Positions 26,164-32,762 of a stretch of DNA of 35,212 bases are shown here, in pieces. The notes under the pieces are model-generated. The model did not search any database, was not told where the DNA came from, and saw only the letters and a program-made list of their open reading frames with translations. The DNA lies in assembly GCA_963637205.1 (NCBI GenBank), contig CAVHNA010000003.1:1-35212 (forward strand). The letters run 5' to 3'. Each line of letters starts with the position of its first letter. The stretch's first letter is position 1. The stretch is from Bacteroidaceae bacterium. GTDB lineage: Bacteria > Bacteroidota > Bacteroidia > Bacteroidales > Bacteroidaceae. Made by a program: the position numbers and the translations under genes.

Positions 26164-27656
26164 CGAAACTGGAACTTTACCGACTCATCAAGCGCAACGC
26201 TTCTCTCAAGGACGAGCGCCATCCTATGCTGGAGAAGAACAGGTTCATGCGCCTGCTCATGGTCTTCATGTGGCTCTACTACGCCGCGCTGCTCCTCATC
26301 ATGGGTGTCGCCCTGCCTGTGGGCATGGAGGACGAGTACAACGGGGTGGCGGCGTTCCATGTGCTCGACGGCTTCTTCCCTATCCTTCTCATCACAGACT
26401 TCTGGGTACGCTTCGCGTTGCAGGAGACGCCTGCCATGCAGTGCCGCCAGTATGCGCTGCTGCCGGTGCGCCGTTCGTTCTTGCTCCATGTGTACCTTGT
26501 CCGGTCGGGCTTCAGCGTGGGCAACATGTTCTGGTTCTTCTTCCTCGTGCCCTTCGGACTGTTGTCCATAGTGGCGCACTTCGGGTGGTTGCCTTTCTTC
26601 GGGTGGCTGCTAGGGTGGTGGCTGATGTGCGTGGCGGACGGCTTCATATATCTCATCGTCCGTACGCTGTGCTCCAAACGGTTGGCGTGGGTTTTCTTGC
26701 CGCTGGCGGTGCACGGTGCGGTGCTGGCTCTTATGTTCGTGCCGGACCACAACCCTCTGGACATGCCATGCACCAAATGGCTCTACTCCATGACGCTGTG
26801 GCATCCGCTGCCCTTCCTCGTCATGGCCGCCGTCATTGCGCTGCTCTACCGCGCCAACTTCCTCTTGCAGGGTCGCGCGGTCTACAACGAGGTGGCGAAG
26901 AAGGAGGAGGTGGAGGTGAAGAACGCTTCGCAGATGGCTTTCCTCGACCGTTACGGCAAGGTGGGCGAGTACCTGAAGCTGGAGCTGAAGTTGCGACTGC
27001 GCAACAAGTCGCTGCGTACCGGCTTCTACGTGGTGCTGGGCGCCATGCTGCTGCTGAGCGGGATACTGGACTTCTCGGGCTTGTACGACTCTACCTTCAT
27101 GAAGTCTTTCATCTGCCTCTACGACTATATCGTGCCGGGCATGACAATGCTGGTGACGGTGATGTGCCACGAGGGTAACTACATGGACGGGCTTATGTCG
27201 CGCCGTGAGAGTATATACGACCTCCTCAAGGCCAAATATTACTTCAACGTGCTGCTGCTCGTCATACCCTCCATACTGCTCATACCGTCCATGGCGCTGG
27301 GCAAGATTGGAGTGATGATGAACTTCGGATACCTCTTCCTCACCGCAGGGGTGCTCTACCCCATCATGTTCCAGATGGCGGCCTACAACAAGGAGTCGCT
27401 GCCTCTCAACGCCAAGATTACCGACAAGCAGGGCAACACGGCGCAGAACATATTCTCCGTGGCGGCTCTCTTCGTGCCCATCGGCTTGGAGCGGCTCTCG
27501 GTGCTACTTCTGGGCGACACATGGGGCTATGTGCCTCTCATCGTGATGGGTGCCGTCGGGATGGCTACGTACCGTGTCTGGCTGCGCAGTGTCTACAGGC
27601 GGTTCATGGTGCGCCGCCATGTCAACATGGAGGGATTCAGGGCTTCGCGCGACTGA
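26160..27656 (+). CDS. Polytopic membrane protein (probably DUF5687 family), likely the membrane partner of the downstream ABC ATPase
   Basis: 498 aa with about 10-12 hydrophobic helices. ATGA overlap with the trxB stop. An ABC ATPase follows 37 nt downstream. Family name from memory only. Confidence 0.65.
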   Translation: MTKLELYRLIKRNASLKDERHPMLEKNRFMRLLMVFMWLYYAALLLIMGVALPVGMEDEYNGVAAFHVLDGFFPILLITDFWVRFALQETPAMQCRQYALLPVRRSFLLHVYLVRSGFSVGNMFWFFFLVPFGLLSIVAHFGWLPFFGWLLGWWLMCVADGFIYLIVRTLCSKRLAWVFLPLAVHGAVLALMFVPDHNPLDMPCTKWLYSMTLWHPLPFLVMAAVIALLYRANFLLQGRAVYNEVAKKEEVEVKNASQMAFLDRYGKVGEYLKLELKLRLRNKSLRTGFYVVLGAMLLLSGILDFSGLYDSTFMKSFICLYDYIVPGMTMLVTVMCHEGNYMDGLMSRRESIYDLLKAKYYFNVLLLVIPSILLIPSMALGKIGVMMNFGYLFLTAGVLYPIMFQMAAYNKESLPLNAKITDKQGNTAQNIFSVAALFVPIGLERLSVLLLGDTWGYVPLIVMGAVGMATYRVWLRSVYRRFMVRRHVNMEGFRASRD

Positions 27657-27693
27657 GACCTCGGGTTTGTATAACGATTTAACATAGAAGAAA

Positions 27694-28425
27694 ATGGATA
27701 TAACGATAAAGGACCTCACCAAACGCTTCGGCGAGAAGGTGGCAGTGGACATACCGGACTTCCACATCGCCGGCGGCGAGATGCTGGGACTGGTGGGCAA
27801 CAACGGTGCCGGCAAGAGCACTCTCTTCCGGTTGATTCTGGACCTCATAAAGGCTGACTCGGGGTCGGTGGTGATGACGGGCGAATACATGGGCGCACAG
27901 CGCAGTGTGGACGTGTCGCGCACGGAGGAGTGGAAGGACTGGACTGGGGCTTTCGTCGACGAGGGCTTCCTCATCGACTACCTCACGCCGGACGAGTACT
28001 TCCGCTTCGTGGCCAAGATCAGCGGACTCGACGACGAGGCATTGCAGGAGACGCTGCGTAGCTTCGAGGTCTTCATGGCGGGCGAGGTGACGGGACAGCA
28101 GAAGCTCATACGCAACCTCTCGGCAGGCAACAAGCAGAAGGTGGGCATCGTGGCGGCTATGCTGCTACGCCCACAGGTGCTCATCCTGGACGAGCCTTTC
28201 AACTTCCTCGACCCTTCTTCGCAGGGGGCTATCAAACACTTGCTTACGGAGTACAACCGTACTACCGGAGCTACCGTCCTGGTCTCCAGCCACAACTTGC
28301 AGCATACGGTGGACATCTGTCCGCGCATTGCGTTGCTGGAGCACGGCGTTATCATACAGGACATCGACAACGGCGAGGGACAGGCCAAGGCTCTGCTGGA
28401 GGACTACTTCCACATCGAGGCGTGA
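27694..28425 (+). CDS. ABC transporter ATP-binding protein (ABC-2/exporter type)
   Basis: Walker A GNNGAGKST, signature LSAGNKQK, Walker B LILDEP, H-loop VSSHN. Confidence 0.9.
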   Translation: MDITIKDLTKRFGEKVAVDIPDFHIAGGEMLGLVGNNGAGKSTLFRLILDLIKADSGSVVMTGEYMGAQRSVDVSRTEEWKDWTGAFVDEGFLIDYLTPDEYFRFVAKISGLDDEALQETLRSFEVFMAGEVTGQQKLIRNLSAGNKQKVGIVAAMLLRPQVLILDEPFNFLDPSSQGAIKHLLTEYNRTTGATVLVSSHNLQHTVDICPRIALLEHGVIIQDIDNGEGQAKALLEDYFHIEA

Positions 28426-28460
28426 CGCGCCTTCGTTTTCTCTGACAAACTGACACGGAT

Positions 28461-29246
28461 ATGCAAGACAGACAACTCAACAGGCGGCAGTACTTCCGCG
28501 AGCTGGCGGACACCAGCGGACATTATTTCATCCCTTATATCAACCGTTTCATACGCGTCGACTCGTCGCTCCGCATACTGGAGATAGGGTGCGGCGACGG
28601 CGGCAACCTGCTGCCTTTCGCTCGCATGGGTTGCAAGGTGACGGGGTGCGACATGGCGGAGTGCCGTGTCTCTGACGCGCGCCGCTTCTTCGACGAGGAA
28701 TGCGCCATCGGTACGTTCATAGCCTCCGACGTCTTCAAGCTCAAGGACTTGGAGGGTCGCTTCGACCTCATCATCTGCCACGACGTGATAGAGCACATAC
28801 CCGACAAGGCGGAGTTCATGCGCAAGTGCGTCACACTGCTGCGCCCCGGCGGCTCCCTCTTCATGTCGTTCCCTGCCTGGCAGATGCCCTTCGGCGGCCA
28901 CCAGCAGATATGCCGCAGCTGTCTCGTCTCCCACCTGCCGTGGATACACCTCCTGCCCGCGTCACTCTACGCATGGGCACTGCGGAAAGCCGGCGAGAAC
29001 GAAGGCTGCGTCCGCGAGCTCCTTGACATAAAAGCCACCAAGTGCCCCATAGAACTCTTCGAGAAGTCCGTCCCCTGCGACTTCCGCATAGTAGACCGCA
29101 CCCCCTGGCTCATCAACCCCCACTACCGGGTCAAGTTCGGCCTAACCCCCATCCGCCTATGGCCACCCCTAGGCAAGATCCCCTACCTCCGCAACTTCCT
29201 GACCACCTCCGCCTTCTACTTCCTGCAGCTGAGAACTGAGTGCTGA
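28461..29246 (+). CDS. Class I SAM-dependent methyltransferase
   Basis: Motif I ILEIGCGDGGN, an acidic residue after beta-2 (GCDM), CHDVIEHI and LLRPGGSLF. Confidence 0.85.
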   Translation: MQDRQLNRRQYFRELADTSGHYFIPYINRFIRVDSSLRILEIGCGDGGNLLPFARMGCKVTGCDMAECRVSDARRFFDEECAIGTFIASDVFKLKDLEGRFDLIICHDVIEHIPDKAEFMRKCVTLLRPGGSLFMSFPAWQMPFGGHQQICRSCLVSHLPWIHLLPASLYAWALRKAGENEGCVRELLDIKATKCPIELFEKSVPCDFRIVDRTPWLINPHYRVKFGLTPIRLWPPLGKIPYLRNFLTTSAFYFLQLRTEC

Positions 29247-29277
29247 GAGCTGAGTGCTGAGAACTGAGAACTGAGAA
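29229..29277. repeat. Heptanucleotide tandem repeat (CTGAGNN) x 7
   Basis: Units are CTGAGAA CTGAGTG CTGAGAG CTGAGTG CTGAGAA CTGAGAA CTGAGAA. The third unit contains the methyltransferase stop codon (TGA at 29244-29246). Confidence 0.9.
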
Positions 29278-29305
29278 TAGTAGGCGCGTTTGCGCCAAAC
29301 GCGCC
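29278..29305. repeat. GC-hairpin module, copy 1 (TAGTAGGCGCGTTTGCGCC...)
   Basis: GGCGCGTTTG-CGC-CAAACGCGCC is a perfect 10-bp stem (29283-29305). The first 19 nt (29278-29296) recur exactly at 29475-29493. Confidence 0.85.
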
Positions 29306-29323
29306 CCGCAAGCAGCCCATCCC

Positions 29324-29401
29324 TTCTAGAAAATCTCGGTCTTCTAGAGTACGGTGCGCCAAGGCGCACCTGCTAGAACAACTAGAGCATCTAGAAAATC
29401 T
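29324..29401. repeat. CTAG-rich palindromic module, copy A
   Basis: It contains five CTAG tetramers and two TCTAGAAAATCT direct repeats (29325-29336 and 29390-29401). These are placed symmetrically around the perfect 18-nt palindrome GGTGCGCCAAGGCGCACC (29353-29370). The 34-nt core at 29344-29377 is identical to 32695-32728. Confidence 0.9.
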
Positions 29402-29429
29402 AACCACCTCTCGCTCATAGGTCGCGTTT

Positions 29430-29461
29430 GGCGCAAACGCTCCTCCTATGGGCTGCGCCTC
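29430..29461. repeat. 32-nt perfect direct repeat, copy 1 (GGCGCAAACGCTCCTCCTATGGGCTGCGCCTC)
   Basis: Identical to 29853-29884. It is preceded by a hairpin-forming GCGTTTG-GCG-CAAACGC. Confidence 0.9.
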
Positions 29462-29479
29462 AAAGAGCTGCTCCTAGTA

Positions 29480-29499
29480 GGCGCGTTTGCGCCGTTTTT
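29480..29499 (+). terminator. Terminator-like hairpin with a T-tract (inside GC-hairpin module copy 2, 29475-29493)
   Basis: GGCGC-GTTT-GCGCC followed by GTTTTT. The stem is short (5 bp), but this is the only hairpin plus T-tract downstream of the trxB-to-methyltransferase gene string. Confidence 0.4.
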
Positions 29500-29604
29500 C
29501 GCTGTCTTTCTCTCCCCATCATTATCCCCCTTTATTATAATCTCACACAAGCACGTATAACACCGTCATAACGTGTACTATAACGATGTATAAATGTGGG
29601 CCCT

Positions 29605-29612
29605 TACGTTTG
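29605..29612 (+). promoter_or_regulatory. Candidate -7 box (TACGTTTG) abutting the 22-bp repeat array
   Basis: Exact TAnnTTTG match 3 nt upstream of the array. No clear -33 TTTG. It lies about 400 nt upstream of the first pilus-locus start codon. Confidence 0.3.
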
Positions 29613-29614
29613 CT

Positions 29615-29768
29615 GGCAATTGTCAGCAAGGTGAATGGCAATTGTCAACAAGATGAATGGCAATTGCCAGCAACTGTTACGGCAACTGTCAGCAACTGTT
29701 ACGGCAATTGCCATAACATTGGATGGCAATTGTCAGAAACTGTTACGACAACTGTCGTAAAATGTCAT
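29615..29768. repeat. Tandem array of 7 x 22 bp, each unit with a (near-)palindromic core GGCAATTGYCA
   Basis: The units read exactly in phase:
1. GGCAATTGTCAGCAAGGTGAAT
2. GGCAATTGTCAACAAGATGAAT
3. GGCAATTGCCAGCAACTGTTAC
4. GGCAACTGTCAGCAACTGTTAC
5. GGCAATTGCCATAACATTGGAT
6. GGCAATTGTCAGAAACTGTTAC
7. GACAACTGTCGTAAAATGTCAT
There are no unique spacers, so this is not a CRISPR array. Confidence 0.95.
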
Positions 29769-29852
29769 CACCTAGTTCCTTACATCATATCAACGTACGT
29801 CTTCAACCTGTCAAGTAGTACGTGTCGAGTCGTGATACTGTGGAGCCGAGTA

Positions 29853-29884
29853 GGCGCAAACGCTCCTCCTATGGGCTGCGCCTC
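29853..29884. repeat. 32-nt perfect direct repeat, copy 2
   Basis: Identical to 29430-29461. Its first 21 nt are also an 18/21 inverted match to 29473-29493. Confidence 0.9.
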
Positions 29885-29972
29885 TGCCCCCTTCTCTTGA
29901 CATAAATCAATAACTTTTTCTTCCTTTAATAAAAATTAAGTCGTTACTTTATGCTGTATGGCAGGATTTTCG

Positions 29973-29980
29973 TAATTTTG
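29973..29980 (+). promoter_or_regulatory. Bacteroidota -7 box (TAATTTTG) proximal to the pilus operon
   Basis: Exact TAnnTTTG match 37 nt upstream of the ATG at 30017. It forms one arm of the 8+8 inverted repeat TAATTTTG-CA-CAAAATTA (29973-29990). Confidence 0.5.
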
Positions 29981-30016
29981 CACAAAATTATGGTAAAAGG
30001 AACCGCAACGATACAT

Positions 30017-31438
30017 ATGAGACGTACTGCCTTACATAATATAACCATGGCAGTCCTTCTGTTTCTGTTTGGAGGACAGGGACTTGGTGCTTACGCCCAG
30101 CGTCCCGGTACTGTGGACAGTGCCTTCGTTGCCAACTCGCGCCCCATCATCTTCGTCGTCAACAAAACCAGCGTCAGCGCGGACGACAGGCACTGGCTGG
30201 CGGACTCTCTGCGTACCGCTCTCAGGGCGATAGGACCTACCGGTATCATCGTGGGACGAGCCACGGCCTCACCCGAAGGACCGCTGGAGGGCAACAAACG
30301 GTTGGCGGAGGGCCGACGCAGGACGGTAGACGGTATACTGCGACGGTTGGGCTACGACACCGACCGCATTCACTACGACGTGGTGGCGGAGGACTACGAC
30401 CTCCTGCGTACCCTTATGAGCAACAACCGCGATGCGGCAAGCGACGTGGTTGACTCTCTGTATTTTGCGCACGCGCACGAGGGCAAGAGCCTGAAGGCGG
30501 CTCTGCAGGCTGAGGACGGCGGCGCGCTGTGGCAGCGTCTGCTCCGCGAATACTTCCCTTCTCTGCGTGCCGTGCGTATCATGGCGGTGGACGGACGACT
30601 GCTGGTGGACGGCTACCTGATGCCCGACCTGCAGCAGAAGGACTTCCCACAGATTGACATCAAGGACTTGGCGAAGACGGAGAACGTGACTGACTATGAC
30701 CGCGACTACAAGCCGCTTACGGAATACCCCCGGTACGGCGTTGCCGACGAGGGCGCACGCATACCGCGCCGCGAGCTGCTGTCGGTGAAGACGAACCTGC
30801 TGTTTGACTTCGCCTATATGCCGGGCTACGACCGCTTCTGCCCCATACCTAACGTGGCGATAGAGTACTATCCTCTGCACGGACACTTCACCTACGGCGC
30901 GTCGTTCGACTGCCCGTGGTGGCAGCACTACCACGAGTATAAGTTCTTCCAGCTGCGCAACTACCAGGTGGAGGCGCGCTACTACTTCAAGAGCGGCGAC
31001 GTGGACAAGGTGGGCTACGGCAAGGGAGCCGCCTTTCGCGGCCTCTACGTGCAGGCGTACGGACACGCCGGCCTTTACAGCATCTGTTTCGACGAGGACC
31101 GCGGATGGGAAGGCGAAGGCGTGGGTGCCGGCGTGGGAGTGGGCTACGTGCTCCCGCTCAGCAAGAAAGGACACTGGAGACTGGAGTTCGGCTTGCAGGC
31201 CGGCGTCTTCTGGACCAAATACGACCCTTACCAGTACGAGAGCGTCATATACCCCGACAAGAGGGACGACCTCTACTACTACAAGTTCAACAATTTCGGC
31301 AACTTCTTCACCCGCAGGCAGCATCGCCTCACGTGGCTGGGCCCCACCCGTGTGGGCATCACGCTTAGCTACGACCTGCTCTACAGGAAAAGGATGAAGA
31401 AGGGGGCGAGCTTCAGAAGTTGGGAGGCTGTGAGATGA
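30017..31438 (+). CDS. Outer-membrane protein: OmpA-like N-terminal segment plus a DUF3575-type beta-barrel (typical first gene of Bacteroidales type V pilus loci)
   Basis: Start chosen at MRRTALHNITMAVLLFLFGGQGLGAYAQ (signal peptide); the earlier ATGs at 29951 and 29990 lie upstream of or within the -7 box. RATASPEGPLEGNKRLAEGRRRTV resembles the OmpA-C core. The C-terminal half (LSVKTNLLFDFAYMPG..., aromatic/Gly-rich alternating strands) fits DUF3575. Family names from memory only. Confidence 0.7.
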   Translation: MRRTALHNITMAVLLFLFGGQGLGAYAQRPGTVDSAFVANSRPIIFVVNKTSVSADDRHWLADSLRTALRAIGPTGIIVGRATASPEGPLEGNKRLAEGRRRTVDGILRRLGYDTDRIHYDVVAEDYDLLRTLMSNNRDAASDVVDSLYFAHAHEGKSLKAALQAEDGGALWQRLLREYFPSLRAVRIMAVDGRLLVDGYLMPDLQQKDFPQIDIKDLAKTENVTDYDRDYKPLTEYPRYGVADEGARIPRRELLSVKTNLLFDFAYMPGYDRFCPIPNVAIEYYPLHGHFTYGASFDCPWWQHYHEYKFFQLRNYQVEARYYFKSGDVDKVGYGKGAAFRGLYVQAYGHAGLYSICFDEDRGWEGEGVGAGVGVGYVLPLSKKGHWRLEFGLQAGVFWTKYDPYQYESVIYPDKRDDLYYYKFNNFGNFFTRRQHRLTWLGPTRVGITLSYDLLYRKRMKKGASFRSWEAVR

Positions 31439-32598
31439 CGGACATACTGCGTAAATGGTGCATGGCGCTCCTGCCGCTCGCCGTGGCGACGGTGATACTG
31501 ACAGGATGCGAACGACAGCCGATACTGCACCTCGACTACTATGGCGACATAGACACGAAGCTGCCGCTCGTGGAGCTGCGACTCGACGTGTTCTGGGACT
31601 ACAACGCGGAGCTGGAAGGACAGTACAACTGGCGCGACGAGTGGTACTACGGATGGGACGAGCGTGACAAGGAACTGTTCGGCGAGATCGGCTACACGGA
31701 GCCTACGGCGTTCCAGATACGCCGCTACTACACCGGCAGGTCGCCTTATGCTGCGCATACCACGGTGCAGTCCGACCTTATCAACAGCTACGTCTACTCG
31801 GCGAAGTTCGACTGGGGATTCTGGGACTTGCTGGCGTGGAACGAGATCAACACGCCAGACGGTGTGCAGAGCCTTCGCTTCGACGAGCAGTCCACGCTGG
31901 AGTACGTGACGGCGTACACTGGACAGACCATGAACGCGGCGCGCTACCAGGCTCCCAAATACACGAGGTCGTTCTACCAGCCCGAGCAGCTGTTCAGCGC
32001 ATACAGCCAGGCTCTGGAGATCAACGAGAACCTCGACGGCTTCGAATACGACGCGGAACGCAACGTGTGGGTGAAACAGCTGGAGATGATGCTGTACCCC
32101 GTCACGTATATATATCTCACGCAGGTGATACTGCACCACAACAACGGTAAGATCACTGACGTGGACGGTAACGCCAATCTCTCGGGTATGGCGCGTAGCG
32201 TGAACGTGAACACCGCAGTGGCGGGTTCCGACCCTATCACCGTCCACTACTACGTGAGGTTCAAGAAAGGATGCGACATGAAGGGCGAGAGTGTCGACAT
32301 CGCAGGAGGACGACTCACCACCTTCGGTATGTGCAACGTCAACGGCAGTCGCGCCACGGCAGCGGTTGACGACGGCATACGTCACTACATGGACGTGAAC
32401 ATGCAGTTCAACAACGGTATGGACTCCACGTTCGTGTTCGATGTCACCGACCAGGTGCGCAAGCGTTACAGAGGAGGTGTCCTCACCGTAGAGCTTGACG
32501 CCGACACCATCACAGTCCCCAAACGCAAAGGCGGCTCCGGCTTCGATGCCGTAGTAAAGGACTTCGAGGACGGCGGAACCCACGAGTTCGAGATGTAA
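31435..32598 (+). CDS. Lipoprotein, probably a FimB/Mfa2-like or DUF5119-type pilus anchor/accessory subunit
   Basis: ATGA overlap with the upstream stop. Lipobox LTGC (Cys25). The size (387 aa) and position between the DUF3575 gene and a fimbrillin gene fit. No catalytic motifs. Assignment is by context. Confidence 0.5.
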   Translation: MTDILRKWCMALLPLAVATVILTGCERQPILHLDYYGDIDTKLPLVELRLDVFWDYNAELEGQYNWRDEWYYGWDERDKELFGEIGYTEPTAFQIRRYYTGRSPYAAHTTVQSDLINSYVYSAKFDWGFWDLLAWNEINTPDGVQSLRFDEQSTLEYVTAYTGQTMNAARYQAPKYTRSFYQPEQLFSAYSQALEINENLDGFEYDAERNVWVKQLEMMLYPVTYIYLTQVILHHNNGKITDVDGNANLSGMARSVNVNTAVAGSDPITVHYYVRFKKGCDMKGESVDIAGGRLTTFGMCNVNGSRATAAVDDGIRHYMDVNMQFNNGMDSTFVFDVTDQVRKRYRGGVLTVELDADTITVPKRKGGSGFDAVVKDFEDGGTHEFEM

Positions 32599-32675
32599 GG
32601 AGGAAAAGATATGAAAGTAGGAGATGCGGCCAGCAAGAGGAAAGTAGGAGGCGCAGATATCCAAGCTGCGCCCAC

Positions 32676-32740
32676 TCTAGAGCCTCTAGAAAACCTAGAG
32701 TACGGTGCGCCAAGGCGCACCTGCTAGAGTAACTAGAGCC
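32676..32740. repeat. CTAG-rich palindromic module, copy B
   Basis: Five CTAG tetramers around the same perfect palindrome GGTGCGCCAAGGCGCACC (32704-32721). The core at 32695-32728 is identical to 29344-29377. Confidence 0.9.
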
Positions 32741-32762
32741 GCTAAAGCCCCCAAGCGAGGAG

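Noticed and set aside
29615-29768. The array as a CRISPR locus or as a plasmid/phage iteron origin
   Set aside because: The units are contiguous with no unique spacers, and 22 nt is too short for a CRISPR repeat. No Rep, DnaA-box cluster, AT-rich unwinding element plus initiator gene, partition genes or any mobile-element gene is present in the window. The iteron-origin idea cannot be fully excluded without the rest of the replicon.
29586-29900. 104-aa ORF (MYKCGPLRLLAIVSKVNGNCQQDEWQ...) spanning the 22-bp array
   Set aside because: The apparent internal peptide repeats are a by-product of a DNA repeat whose 22-nt period is not a multiple of 3. It has no promoter or start context, and its composition is Cys/Thr/Val-rich and non-protein-like.
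29247-30016. The repeat-rich spacers as a MITE or IS remnant, or the pilus locus as a horizontally acquired island
   Set aside because: There is no transposase, integrase, tRNA target or clean target-site duplication. The 32-nt direct repeat is too long to be a TSD. The pilus genes have similar codon and GC character to their neighbours. A REP-like or MITE-like origin for individual modules remains possible, and I list it as an alternative under the findings.
32611-32730. 39-codon ORF (MKVGDAASKRKVGGADIQAAPTLEPLENLEYGAPRRTC*) preceded by AGGAGG
   Set aside because: Its sequence is built from the repeated non-coding modules (the GTAGGAGG 12-mer and the CTAG palindrome), and it terminates inside the palindrome. 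Bacteroidota do not normally rely on SD sequences. I treat it as a chance frame unless ribosome profiling says otherwise.
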